From assembly GCF_006345805.1 (NCBI RefSeq), contig NC_043001.1:31000001-31064000 (forward strand): DNA of 64,000 nt, in the 5' to 3' direction. The first letter of the stretch is position 1. Each line of letters begins with the position of its first letter. The notes under the pieces were generated by a model. It was not told the DNA's origin, made no database searches, and saw only the letters and a list, made by a program, of their open reading frames with translations. The DNA comes from Octopus sinensis. Lineage: Eukaryota. Below, piece by piece: positions 23,898 through 39,580 of the stretch. Made by a program: the position numbers and the translations under genes.

Positions 23898-26800
23898 CTG
23901 AAAGACTAATTAATGTTCATTATCGCTTTATTTCTGTGTTTTGATTTTATATCTTTTCCTATTTTTAAACTAAATTAGAAAGAAAAATAAATAAAATAAA
24001 ATAGATTATTCATATAAAATACGACATTGTTAGATAAGTCTTTATAAAAGAACATTATCCTCTATTTTCTGTTTATAAAACTATAAGCAAATGGAATGAA
24101 AACGTTAATGTCAAGATTTAAAAATAACACAACAGCCCTTGTGTTCTTTGTTTCCCTGCATATCATCACTATTTTTAAACATCACTGCATACAAGCAAGT
24201 CAAAAAGCATCTGCGTGGCCGTTAGATTTACTAGAGATAGCAACAAAGTCTCTCTCAAACAACACCCAACGTTTTTAGAAGAGATAAAAAGAAAAGATGC
24301 ATTGGATAATGATTATCTCGTTGCAGTGTTTGAATAAACGACCAGACGGTCCACGTTACTATAAAATCTACTAGAACATCGCGACTAGAGCTGAAAAGAA
24401 AGACAACTAGTTTCTCTCCTCTATTTTACACCTTTGCGCTATTCATTGTTGATAGAAGATCAATTGGGAATTTGATTAAATATAATTGATATTGTTACCA
24501 TAACTCGGGGAGGATCAACCAAGAGTTAAGTTTCTGGGGTGTCTCTTTGTATGTTTTTTCAAAAGAGGAAAGACAGTCTCATGACATTTTTGCATAGTCT
24601 CCGAGACTGGTAGGAGAAAAAGAGGAAGAAATTTCAGCTCTGGCAAGAAGTCTAGCCTGAATACTTGCAAAGTAACGAACTCTGCCAAAATGGTACGCGA
24701 AGGCCAGACGGTGATGGTAAACCTGACAAAGGCTAATACTACTGGTAGTATCCTTTTCCAGTTGCCTATAGAAAGATTTGAGTACTTCTGTAGGCTCCAT
24801 TTAACATAGTTTTACTCGTGTTATATTATGGAGTGAGAAAATTATTGATTCGGAACATATTTCGATATAATGACTGACTTCCTAAACAAAGCATAACCTT
24901 CACTAAACTTGCCAAAGTTGTGACGAAAGGATTGATGTCTTTGCAATAGAAATATACCACCACTGGCGACGATAAAATAACTACATCAGCAAGTTTGTAT
25001 CTTGAAGCAAGGTAATATACGGTCGAGATGAAACTAAATCCCCTATTTCGAACTTAATGTGGTAAAACTAAGGAAATTGCAATTCACTTTGACAAGAATG
25101 TCGAGGATACCTTTACCAGCAACCGGCAACATCCTTTTCAGTTCGATACACTGAAACAGGAAGTAATTACGTTTTATTGGGGATACGAGCCCGTCACTCT
25201 TCGATTAGCAAACCAACTTAGCCACCAACAACTGCTTTTGAAAGAAAGTTTTTGATAATACTGAAATCTATTCTAAACTATTGAAATATCTTACGCCGAA
25301 CCTTTGTTTCGCAATCAAGGTGACCTTGTCACATTGATATTTTAACTTCTTCATTAGAGCAGTTGCAGAGCGTCTAACGAATACGACCCATTACATTCTA
25401 AGTTCGATTTTAACTTTGCATTTCATCTATTCATAGTCGATAAGATAGCAGTCAACTGCTGGGATCTGTTTAAACGATTGTATCCTCCCACCAAATTTAT
25501 GGTCCTGTACCTATGTTAAAAATCAACATTAGCAACACTTGTCGCCTTAACATCTTCCATATAATCTACTAGAGACTCTTAATTAGTATTAACACTCTTT
25601 ACACTAATACTAGTAAAGTTTCATGGAACGGTGAAATCAGGAGTTCGAATCGACTTCGTCTTCGTCGAAAAGATTAAAGGAAAAGCTTAATATGAAATCC
25701 TTGTATAGAGGATGGTGACAACAAAAGGACTTTTGGACCAATGGTACATATCCTTTTCATGGAAACCCGGAAGAGCAGCCTCTTCAATTTGGTTCAACAA
25801 CTCTCCAAATAAAACATTGTCGTTAGACGGGACTAAACCACTAAACTACTATCTACGGATAGTTTCTCTCGTCTAATGTTTTAGCGAGTCCCACTATTCT
25901 TTTCGTAACGACTTTATGATATTTCGACATAACAGATAAATGATTTCAAACTTAGACACAAAGCAATACATTTCGAGAGCGAATACAGTGATTTATGCCA
26001 ACCCTGTACTTGACTAAGTTTTGATATCATATATACCTATTTCATGGTCTAAGGAAGAATAGAATGCAAACTGTTATTCTGTCGAGAACAACAATTGTAA
26101 AAATAATCTTTTTACAGACAAAAAGCTCATAACTCCACCATATTTTATCTAGCAGAGCAGAATTAGAAAAGTTGTTAGAGAAGTAAATTAAGAAAACAAA
26201 ACTAATCGCTGTGAAACGTCCTGTATAAGGAAAATATGTTTCAGTTTCACTTCTATCGTACAACGAAATACAAAGCTATTCTTTTTTTCAAATTTTATTT
26301 TCGAAGCTTCAGTTATTACGGAAGCAGGAAAAGGTTTCAATTCCCTGAGCATATGTAGCTGATAAGAGTGTTAATAACAATATCATCATCCACAATACTC
26401 ACATATAGCGTAAGCATGCATACACATATATCTACATATCTACACTTTCATATACACAACTGCGTGTACATTGTGTATAAATCACTTAAGTTTATTATAA
26501 TTATCGCAAACCAGACTTGCACTTGCATAGAATTCACATGTATATGTGGATCCTTCGTCGGTTTCGATGATGAGCATTCAATGTTTGACCAACTAAACTA
26601 CATACTCGTTAAACCAATGTCGAAGCGGTTGAGTATTCCATGAACACGGATACTCTTAAGGTAATTTTCAGGCTGAATCTGCACATGACAACAAGGCTGG
26701 ATCTACGAATTACCATTATAATCTTTCCTACAGGCATCTACGCTATTACGCGAACCCAGTTTCACTCACAAGGTTTTTTTTTTTTTTATCACAGGTTATA

Positions 26801-27120
26801 ATAAAAGAAATATACCCAAGATACTAAATAACGGGGTCGGGTCCGGGACCTCAGGATTTCAAGCAAATGTCTTAACTAAATCACAACTCTTGCGTACTTA
26901 TATGCACATATATCATGGTGGCATTACGCACTAAAGCCATCGCATGCAATGCTAAAGACCAAACATAATTGAAATATGGGTACATAAGATCTATTACTTC
27001 GTAAAAGTGGAAGATGGATATTAAAATCATTTACATATCTTAGGAATGCATCACTTAGCATGCACTCATGCAAGAAAAGCCAGATCATATATATATATAT
27101 CCTCAATTCAATGTATTTAT

Positions 27121-27239
27121 ATGTAGTTAAGTCTATGTCTGGTCATAGAGTGACCAATGGTTTCGCATTCACAAAGTACTTGGGGCTAAGCCCTTTGCGG
27201 ATGCGAAACCGTTGGTCACTCTATAACGGGATATAGACT

Positions 27240-27248
<9 letters not shown>
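27121..27248. repeat. Foldback palindrome, 56-bp arms and 16-nt loop (MITE-like or hairpin RNA)
   Basis: 27121-27176 versus 27193-27248: 48 of 56 positions identical in reverse complement by my count; abuts (TA)n. Confidence 0.85.
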
Positions 27249-27303
<55 letters not shown>

Positions 27304-27650
27304 ATTTGCTTGCATTTTTTTAAATAGCAAAATGATGTGCAAATATGCGGATAGAATGCGGAAGCGAAAACTTGGTGGGATTCGAACATTGATCTCATTT
27401 CTTGACAATCCAGGATAATAACTATTATTCTATTATTTCCTATTAATATAAAAAGTTAAACTGATGAAACTATGTACGTTATATTTGAGTTTCTTGAAAG
27501 TGAATGAAGTTGTCGAAGATCACTTATTCCCTTGTCATATTAATAAGGAAAAGATCTCACGATCGAATCTCAATGCCGGTCTTACCTCATCATAAGCACA
27601 AAATCGAAATAAATGAATATAAAAAAATACAAAAGCAAAAGGATTTTACA

Positions 27651-28970
<1,320 letters not shown>

Positions 28971-30567
28971 CATGTGTATAATTCGGAAAGGTATGAACGT
29001 AACAGCAACTCATTAGTCTTTCTCTTGTAAGTCTGAAGTGCTTTGCTCGTAGAAGTAAAAAAAAAAAAAATAGTGATCCATAATCCAAAGAGCTTAAATG
29101 AAGAAGCAAAGCGGGAAAACAGGCAAAATACGCTTATGAAATAAATAAAAGAGAGAATACGTGTGAAAGAAAGACAAGCAGCTAAACTTGCAGATATACT
29201 CACAAAGTCCTGTTTGTCAGTATGGCAAACGTGTGCACACACCTATGGTAAAGAAGTGGCAGTCTGTGGTTGGGGGTGATACCTATATAATAACTTGCCA
29301 GCTTCCTTCCATCTCCATGACAACGATTCTAGGATACCTTTTAAAGGCAACCCTAGAATTGCCGAAATTTTGGACATCCGACTCACTACTCATTGTATTT
29401 GAAATTTGAGCTAGAAAATTTTTCTTTCGAGCAGACCTACTCACATAAACACACATACGCATCATCTCTATAGTTCTTGCTCTCTTTCTCTTTGTTTGTC
29501 TGTCTCTCTGTCTCTCTGTCTCTCTCTCTCTCTCTTTCACGCACACACATGCATACACGTACATATAAACACTCGTTTATAAGCAGCCGCCTCTTTCATC
29601 CGACCCATCCATTTAACTTTTTCTCATCTCAATATGGTAAGCATTTATTCCCTCCTTTCGATGTTCTCCTCCTTTTCCCGCCTCCACTCACCATTCTTCT
29701 ACTTTTACTCTTACCCAAACTTTTTATTAATTTTTTTTTTTTTGGCAATATTTTGGCCCTACTTTCACTTTCGACACACTTCTCACTTCCTCGTCACCCT
29801 CTTCACCCACATACTAACGCACATGTTTATTCTCTCGCTATTACATTTATCAATTTTTTTTTTCTTACGCAAGTTTACAGTTGTCTACGCCCTTACCGCC
29901 CCTCACCAGTTCGAAATGCTTTTCCTCCTTCCTCAACCCCGACTATCTGTCTGCCTATCTCTCTCATTCTTTCTCTCCTTCTCTCTCTCTTTCTTCCTCT
30001 CTCTTACATATATTCTCACACTCATTTACATGCATGCATTCATAATACATAAATACATACATACATACATACATACATACATACATACATAGTCATGCTT
30101 ACACTCATAAGTACGCATGCACACATAGACACTCAAATAAATGTGTTTACTATACATATACAAAACATCCTCATACAACCACACATTTTCTCTCTTTGCT
30201 TCCCTTCTCTCCCCTCGCACTCAACAATTCGTTCTCTTTCCTTTCTGTTTTGTTTTCTTTGCGTCTCTATTCGTTAAACCAAAATTCCTTTCTATGACTG
30301 AATTCTATCAAGTGACTCAGAAGATTCTCTAGAAACTTCTAGTAATAAATATTCTCGTGAAATAGGAAGTATTTTTTTTTTTTTTATTTTCCGAATTCTC
30401 TTTTAGCCGTTTTGTCTCTGAGCTGATTTTCAAGAAGAAGAAGAAGAAGAAGAAAACATGTCTGAGAATGAGATTTTCAATATCTTTGCTGGAAGGGGCC
30501 GAACATTTATATAACCACATGTTACAAAAACAAGTAGGAAGATGTATGAGATTATAGAAAAACAGTG

Positions 30568-30915
<348 letters not shown>

Positions 30916-31269
30916 TGGGGAGTATAACTCCATATTCAATTTAGTATTAAATCAAATTTCACAATATAAATATGTAAAATGCAAATTAATGAGAGACATA
31001 AACCAAATCATAAATAAAAAAATAAAATATATTTTTATAAAACATGAAACTAGATCACAAAAAGTATAAAATTGAATAATCAATATATAATAAGTAAATA
31101 TATATATATTTTTTATTTATGATTTGGTTTATGTCTATCATTGTTTGAATTGCATAATAGTGCTTTTTTCTCTAATTTATATTATATATATACATACATA
31201 TATACATATATATATATATTATATATATATATATATTTATATACGTATGTATGTGTGTATATATATATT

Positions 31270-31326
<57 letters not shown>

Positions 31327-32877
31327 ATATGTGTGTGTATGTGTGTATGTATATGTGTAGTAGAATATATTAAAAGAAAAATATTCAAATAAAATGCGCA
31401 GATAAATACATACACACATACATACGCACACATACATACATGTACACACGTACGCGCGCATGCACACAAACCACAAATAACATCCACTTGAATTAGGGTG
31501 GATCAGAGTATTCCGAAGTCAGAGTCTATCAGGAGTGGCGAGGTGAATGTCAGCCACTACATTGGTCCAGGGCCTTGAAAATAAAGTGGGTGTCCTTAAC
31601 TACCCGTCAGGCCCTCTCCGTTAAAAGAAAAGAACCTCACAACCGCCTTGATTTTTGTCAAGACTCACCCTCTGGGCAGTATGTATTCCTTTTGGCCAAG
31701 TTTCTCTGGGAAGTTCTTCCCAGAATTCTGCCCACCTTTTACACCTAGTGTTAGAAATTGGTACATCTAAAAGCGTTCCCGAGTCTAATCTGTGTTGAAG
31801 AAAGTCAGAAACATCTCGTATACTCCGAGCGTACTTCTTTCAGCTCATGATAGACTATAAATGTCTATAAACATTTATAGTCTATCTTCATAAACACGTC
31901 ATAGATCTATAGTCAGTGACCTGAGTGGCTTTTGAATTCTGTTCTAGTTTTCTCCTCCTCCTCACTCAGAACATCGTTCTTTATGTCTTCCCTCAGGTTA
32001 TTCACTAGATCAATCTGAATTTCATAGGTGTTCCGCACAACCATTGATCTCTCCGTAGAGTAGGGGCTCTCGATATCATTTAATACTTTTGTGTCTACGT
32101 CTTTTTTTTTTTTTTTTGCTTTTGGATAAGTTTTCCGTTCCCCTCCAGACTCCATTTGTGACAACATACAGCAAATAGCACCACTAGGCACTGCGTACAC
32201 CCAAGGCATTTGATAATGCAGCGAAGGTATGCTATAAAAATGAGACTGAATAATGATAAGGCTTTTATCTTTTAGTTGTTTTAGTCATTAGACTGCGGCC
32301 ATGCTGGGGCACCGCCTTGAAGAATTTTTAGTTGACCCCAGTACTTAGTTACTTTTTAAGCTTGGTACTTATTTTATCTTTTGCCGAACCGTTAAGTTAT
32401 GCGGACGAAAACACACCAACACCAGTTGTCAAGCAGTGGTGGGGAACAAATACACACACCCTCCTTTATATCAGTACATGGCACATTGAGTGTTTCAGTG
32501 GTGTCAACTCCGATGCAAGCTTTCGGTGTGACGAAGTCAGGCATCCAGTGTAACGATACCTTTCTCTATCCCTCCTCCCACCTGTCTGGCGGGTTCTGTG
32601 AAGGATCAGGGCTACTAAACCTAACCTTCCTTGTTGAGTAAAAGAGAAAACATTCTCCTGGGTTTACATTCACAAGTGTTGCTCTAGCAGACCGTCACCA
32701 GTTCTCTCAGATTCAGGGTTTTGCCCTCCTTGATATATAAACTGTCTGCCATTGTTACATTGACATTTATTCCGTGTCACACCGTCAAACTGATGCTGGG
32801 TTAAAACCACGATTCTTCTATGTTCTTTCAAGAATTTATAAATCTAAAGTTGCTTTAGAGCAAAGTTAGAAATACAT

Positions 32878-32920
<43 letters not shown>

Positions 32921-33890
32921 AGAAATGGAAAATAGAGACAAACGCACACAGTGTTATTTTAATCATTTATACCGCTGCCATATGTTTCAATGGATACATT
33001 AAAATTAATCCGGGAGAAGAAATAATGTGGAATAATGTATCAATTTCATCAGGCAGGAGAGTATAAATAACAGTGTTCAATAATAAGTCATTTTTTTCAG
33101 ATGTAAGAAATTATAATATATAATATATGAAAAACAAAAGTTAGAGAACACTAGTAATTTTAAAATACCGTTAACACGGTATGTGTGGTTACTAATATCT
33201 TATAGTGCTTATGTGACATTTGGCTACCCTTGTGACTATTTCTCCGGATCTTTCCTTGTCAATTAAACACACACACACACACATATGTATGTGTATGTAT
33301 GTGTAGTTTAGTTGTATATACACAGACATATATGTATGTGTATGAATGTGTGTAGTATACATGTATATACACAGACAAGTTGACACAGACATTAGCACAA
33401 GTGCATAAGTTTCTTTAGCACAAATGCAAAATGTTAAGTAAATAGTGTGAGAAATAACGAAAGTCAGAAAGCGAGCAAGCAGCCCTGAAAGGAAGAAGGG
33501 AAGAAAAGAAGAAAGAAGAATGTGAACAGAAGATGTGAGTAGAAAAAAAGCACAAAAAGAGAAAAAAAAACAACAAAACAAATACAACTAAAATTCAAAA
33601 TAAACAAGAGAAATGTGTAAAGAGAGCGAATGTATAGCTATAAATATCGAAGGAAGAATTATGATTAACAGGCAAATATTTTTTGACGTAATGAAGTCTG
33701 TTCTAACGATTAAGTCAGTTTAATTTGGCTTTTATATTTTTTTCTTCTGACTGTATCTGGGACTAAAATTTATTAACCTTTTTGATATGATAGATTTTGT
33801 TACGTTTTTCTAGTTCGGATATTCTCTAGTTCTCTTATGTGTATATTATTTGGGCACAGTTGAGATGGAATTGGTTGAATATATTATATA

Positions 33891-34279
33891 TTAGCAGTAT
33901 CACCCGGCGTTGCTCGGGTTTGTTTCAACCCTTTAGAATTGGAATTTTTAAAAGTAAATATTTTGCATTATGTAGCTTGTTATTCTCTTAAGTGAACATT
34001 TTTTCTGGTTGAAATACACCGAAAAATGGCGACACAGCAGTCAAAAAGTCGTAAAAAATAGGGATTTCATAGAGAAAAGCACCTTTTTGATGTAAATAAT
34101 TTTTGGTGTTAACATGGTCCGATTTGAATTTTTTCTTCTACGGAAGAAAGAGCAAGCCTTCTTCTATCATACTCTCAATTTTGGTCAACTTGCACCGCAG
34201 GGTCTCGGAGGAGATAGTGTTAGTTGAAGGCTACCAAATCTGCCATACACAGACAAATTCAGCTTTATATGCAGAGAGA
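33891..34279 (-). mobile_element. Non-autonomous Helitron, copy 1
   Basis: Reverse complement of 50507-50878; 5' TC, 3' hairpin CCCGAGCAACGCCGGG followed by CTAA, inserted at A|T. Confidence 0.85.
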
Positions 34280-34650
34280 TACATACACGCATACGTAATA
34301 TAATCCAGAATTTCTCTGTGGATAATCTATAGTTTTATACATGAAATATCTACAATGCTGCAAATAGCTGAATTTAGTCACGTTTTCTGTTGATATAGAG
34401 TTTGGAATTTGATAGAAACAAATTAACAACTGATAACGGAAAATGTGCTTTCCAAATTTTTTGCATCAATTGACTATCTTCTCTCTGCCACACTGAGCAC
34501 AACGAATATTTAAGCATTGGTGAAATATATCATGTAAAGGTGCTGTGAACAAAGAGAGGGCAACCAAAGAATATCAAGCAAGATTAAAAAGGATATGGCA
34601 GTTAGAGTTTTCATCTTACAACATAATATCCCACAATGCATCTTAGTATC

Positions 34651-34863
34651 TATTTCTTTATTACCCACAAGGGGCTAAACATAAACGGGACAAACAAGGA
34701 CAGACATAGGTATTAAGTCGATTACATCGACCCCAATGCGACCCCAATGCGTAATTTATTGACCCCGAAGGATGAAAGGCAAAATCGACCTCGGCGGAAT
34801 TCGAACTCACAACGTATACGCATTTCGCCCGACGTGCTAACGTTTCTGCCAGCTTGCCGCCTT
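34651..34863 (-). mobile_element. SINE family A with internal deletion
   Basis: Match to the family A central block; flanked by AATGCATCTTA on both sides (TSD-like). Confidence 0.8.
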
Positions 34864-35093
34864 AATGCATCTTAATTGATACCAACATTTGGGGTATTTA
34901 ATTGGCCTGTAGAGAAAATCTGCTCCATTGGCATTAAAATCTGCAAGCTCTTGACACCAACTTCAAACTTCCTCAGAAACAGTGATGTCAACAGGTTCTC
35001 TCTCAGAAGGAAAGAGAAAAGATGAGGCTTAATAACAGTGCAAACAGCTTTTGAGTTTTTTTGCAAAATAAGTGCACAATACATACATACATA

Positions 35094-35258
35094 GGCGCAG
35101 GAGTGGCTTTGTGGTAAATAGCTTGCTTACCAACCACATGGTTCCGGGTTCAGTCCCACTGCGTGGCACCTTGTGCAAGTGTCTTCTATTATAGCCTCGG
35201 GCCGACCAAAGCCTTGTGAGTGGATTTAATAGAAAGAAACTGAAAGAAGCTTGTCGTA

Positions 35259-35357
<99 letters not shown>

Positions 35358-35560
35358 GAGCGTCTCTGTTTGTCCACCCCAACATCGCTTGACAACCGAT
35401 GCTGGTGTGCTTACGTCCTCGTAACTTAGCGGTTCGGCAAAAGACACCGATAGAGTAAGTACTAGGCTTACAAAGAATAAGTCCTGAGGTCGATTTGCTC
35501 GACTAAAAGGCTGTGCTCCAGCATGGCCGCAGTCAAATGACTGAAACAAGTAAAAGAGTA
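35094..35560 (+). mobile_element. SINE family B, full length with internal (TA)n(TG)n
   Basis: GGCGCAGGAGTGGCT...GGTTCAGTCCC...tail...CAAGTAAAAGAG; flanked by (TACA)n. Confidence 0.9.
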
Positions 35561-35582
35561 CATACATACATACATACATACA

Positions 35583-35616
<34 letters not shown>

Positions 35617-35689
35617 CAAAGCATATGCATGAGATGAAAAGGTGCCTTGACCTGGTTACAACATTCTTAAGGTATACAAGGTTGGATAA

Positions 35690-36060
35690 ATGTTATATGG
35701 TTGTGAAAGGGGGAAAACTGTAAATCAGACTAGCAACATCTCCATGAATGACTTAACGGTTTCCCCTATATCTGATGAGAAATGTTATAGGGGCGGATGA
35801 AAACATATCTTAGAATAGCACCTGTAAGAAAAGAATATTACAGCCGAATAAAGAAAATTTACACCCCAAGGATGAGCGTATTTGAACAGAAGACCATGCA
35901 TGGATATGTTAGTAGAAAGCTCCTGGATGATAGTAACATTGATCATCAAAGCAGTCTACCCTGGACCAACAACCGGATTACTACCTCCCACTTTGAAGGA
36001 TATGCGCTTGCAATCCGGGAACAGGAAATATCAAACAAATACCTGATGCACTTAAAAGAA
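35690..36060 (+). mobile_element. Dong/R4-like LINE fragment (post-RT region)
   Basis: ORF 35797-36072: KEYYSRI...MHGYV...HFEGYALAIREQEISNKY resembles the EG.I.A.QDQ motif upstream of the zinc knuckle. Confidence 0.65.
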
Positions 36061-36376
36061 ATCTTGAAATAGACAGAATAATGACATAATACATACATAC
36101 ATACATACATACATACATACATACATACATACATACATGCTGACTCACAAATATAATGGCAGGAAAAATAAATACATTAACCAAAAACTCAAAGTGAAGT
36201 GAATGACATTTTGCGGGTCGCTAGTGAATGCCCCAAGAAACATTCATTTCCTGGTGACCTCTCAGTAGCGCAAAATTAGAATATTTCAGCAGACTAGAAA
36301 CCGAAACACTTTGCATACTAGCAAATGGTTGGTCATGTTAGCCGTAAATCTGAGGAAAATGACAATATTAGTTTAA

Positions 36377-37013
36377 AATTTTGGCACAAAGCCAGCAGAT
36401 TAGGAGGAGGGGTAAGTTGGTTACATCGATCCCAATTCTCAACTGATAATTTATCAACCCCAAAAGGGTGAAAGGCAAAGTCGAACTCGGAGGAATTAGA
36501 ACTCAGGACATGAAGACGGACGAAATGCTCCTAAGCATTTTGCGCAGCGTGTCAGCTCGCCGACTTAGGGAAGGAAAATAGTATTAATTTCAAATTTTGA
36601 CCTAAGGCCAGTAAGTTCGGGTAGAGGTAAGTCGATTGCATCGACCCCAGTACTCAGCTGGTATTTATTTTATGGAACCCGAATGGATGAAAAGCAAAGT
36701 CGACCTCGCCGGAATTTGAATTCAGAAGGTGGAGACGGACGAAATGACGCTGAGCATTTCGTTCTACATGCTAACGATTCTTATTTCTTTATTGCCCACA
36801 AGGGGCTAAACACAGAGGGGACAAACAAGGACAGACAAAGGGATTAAGTCGATTATATCGACCCCAGTGTGTAACTGGTACTTAATTTATCGACCCCGAA
36901 AGGATGAAAGGCAAAGTCGACCTCGGCGGAATTTGAACTCAGAACGCAGCGGCGGACGAAATACCACAAGGCATTTCGCCCGGCTTGCTAACGATTCTGC
37001 CGGCGCGCCGCCT
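36377..37013 (-). mobile_element. Nested/tandem SINE family A copies (two old, one young)
   Basis: Three GAAAGGCAAAGTCGA-type blocks at about 36470, 36689 and 36906. Confidence 0.8.
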
Positions 37014-37164
37014 TAGAGGAAGATGATAATATTAACATGAATTATAACCACTCTCTGACTCTTGACTGCTAGCCTATCGTATTTTGCCGACTATGCTTTT
37101 AAAATTCAACTGCAGGATATTTCTAATGATCAAAATAGACAGTGAGGCCCTTAAACTCCCACAA

Positions 37165-37300
37165 AACAACAGTAAGTGTGGATTATGTTACTCATCTGTG
37201 CAGGACATTATGCATATAATCAGTGACTTTTCCAAAATGTCATCAAGGTGCTACCTTCAACTGCAACAAAATGTAGTTGCTGAAACGATATACAATGCCT
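37165..37300 (+). mobile_element. Dong/R4-like LINE fragment, decayed CCHC zinc knuckle
   Basis: KCGLCYSSVQDIMHIISDFSKMSSRCYLQLQQNVVA resembles CxxC...HIxSxC...YxxRHNxVA; probably continues the 35690 fragment. Confidence 0.55.
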
Positions 37301-37384
37301 GGCCAGGGATTAATGCAAACAAACACATCTGCTGCTAAATACTTTCGTATATAGATCGCAAAGATCAAAATTTTTTTACTATAT

Positions 37385-37794
37385 TCTTTTACTTGTTTCA
37401 GTCATTTGACAGTGGCCATGCTGGAGCACCACCGTTAGTCGAGCAAATCGATCCCAGGACTTATTCTTTGTAAGCCTAGTACTTATTCTGTCAGTTTCCT
37501 TTTGCCGAACCGCTAAGTTACGGGAACGTAAACACACCAGCATCGGTTGTCAAGCGATGTTGGGGTGAAAAACATAGACGCGCGCGCGCGCGCACACACA
37601 CACATACACACACACACACACGCACATATATATATATTTATCATTGAAGTACATATGAGCATGTCTTGATATGCAACTATATGCATGAGAATACATATAA
37701 AGACCTTTTCAATTCCTGAGCGTTATACTAATACATCTGTTTGTTTTCTACACCACCTGTCTTCGTCTTTTGTTTTTTTCGTGAACTCCCCCCC

Positions 37795-37839
<45 letters not shown>

Positions 37840-38013
37840 GATGACGGGCTTCTTTCAGTTTCCGTCTACCAAATCCACTTACAAGGTTACAAGGCTTTGG
37901 TCGGCCGGAGGCTATAGTAGAAGACACTTGCCCAAGGTGCCACGCAGTAGGACTGAACCCGGAACCATGTGGCTGGTAAGCAAGCTACTCACCACACAGC
38001 CACTCCTACGCCT
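37385..38013 (-). mobile_element. SINE family B, interrupted in its internal microsatellite by a Penelope-like pLTR fragment (about 37699-37790)
   Basis: Tail 37385-37580, head 37842-38013; the insert is the reverse complement of 19838-19928. Confidence 0.8.
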
Positions 38014-38149
38014 ATATGCAAACATAACAGGCTTGATATAGTTATTTGGGACCGAAAATAAAAAGAAGATACGAACATGTTTCTAAAATCAGCAAGAAGT
38101 AGAATATTCAAGGGTAATTAGTTTGAAACCTGCATCATCTCTACTCTAT

Positions 38150-39200
38150 TTATAAATACATGTTTATAACCTGATTATGTTGGCAAATATTTAAGTAACA
38201 AAATGTAAAAGCTAAGACCACTTAAAACGTACTTTACAAACACAGTAAATAAGCGGAGCAATATAAATGCGCAAAACTTTTGTAAAGTTTCACCACTGTT
38301 ATTACCCGATTCCTCATCTTTGAGCCTTTTAACACCTCTGTTTATACTTCTGGAAATATGAAGTCAGAAGACACCATATCTGGACGGTATTTGTGCCAGA
38401 AGAACCACTGTAATGCTCAATTTGCTGATTGCGTGAATTGTCAAAAATGTGTGTAGTCACGCATCGTCATTGATAAATATGAATTGTTTTCAGAATACTT
38501 ATTCCGTCTCTTCCTCTCAATGACTTCTCTTAGCTTTTTATGTGTCTCACTGTACCTCTTGTTGTTCAAAGTACAACCACGTTCCTCAAATTCAATGAGA
38601 ACGACGCCTTTGGTATTTCTCAAATCAATTAGTCTGACATTCTAAGCTGATTGCTGGCTCTTGAACTTCTTAGGCCTTGGAGAAAAAGTGTGATACCATT
38701 CCATGGTCTAAACCTTCGTTTCCTGATTATAAAAGTACACCTACGTTTCATTCAAACACCAGATCAGAAGAAAGTACTTGTCTTCATTGGCTTCAAATGC
38801 TTCCAGCAGAACAGTACAGTTTTTCACTTTTCTTTCCTTCAAATCGAGTGTTAACTGCCGAGTTGCCGATACCCAGTCTTCTGTCGTTATCGGGAATGGT
38901 TTGTAACTACAGTCTTGTGCAGACAGCTCAACTGTGACTTATCTGTCAGCGTGAAACAACTCGTTCATTTGCTGGTGATTGATGCTAGTGGTTGCAGTTG
39001 ATAGTCTTCCACTGTGTAGAACTACGTCCATCTGTGCACATTGCTCTTGTCAATGGTATCATCTCCATAAACAATTTGTAGCCTTCTGGATATCGGACAC
39101 TTTGCATCGTTCCTTCATTATGAACTCAATGACGGCACGTTGCTTCTGCTTGGAACCCAATTTGCCTGCGATGAAGAGGAACAAGAAAGAGAGCTAATAT
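38150..39200 (-). mobile_element. Highly decayed mariner-like transposase relic
   Basis: Minus-strand fragments RAVIEF near 39125-39142 and KGVVLIEFEERGCTLNNKRYSETHKKLREVIERKRR in ORF 38441-38623 match mariner transposase patterns; ends not resolved. Confidence 0.65.
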
Positions 39201-39580
39201 GAAGGAAAAGTTACTCCACTAACATGTGCAATTTGAAACGACCTATGCCAGTTAATAAAATAATTATGCCCATTTCACATTACTTTCGGGATAAACTTCA
39301 ACGTTGATAATAAATTGATTTTATGCATATAAATATCACAAAAACACTTACTTGAATTTAATTCCCGATTTACCTGAATTGTCTGAATTCATATCATTAG
39401 CTCACTTAAATTGTTTTTCGCCGCTCCTATCTTGTATTATGCAAATTTATCTTGCCAAAATAGTTAGTAAATCTTTTTCTATTTAATTCAGGAACAATTC
39501 AGGGACTATTTAATTCAGGGACATTCATATGAATGAGATCCTATGCAATGTTTATATTTCTTAAATCAACAGTTAACTAG

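Noticed and set aside
24579-25012. Coding-like stretch ending AAG|GTAATA
   Set aside because: Stops in all plus frames and no recognisable motif; too weak to call.
27461-27505. CTGATGA...GAAA motif (similar CTGATGA at 35772)
   Set aside because: Stem II does not abut GAAA and there is no stem III/NUH; the 35772 instance lies in LINE coding sequence.
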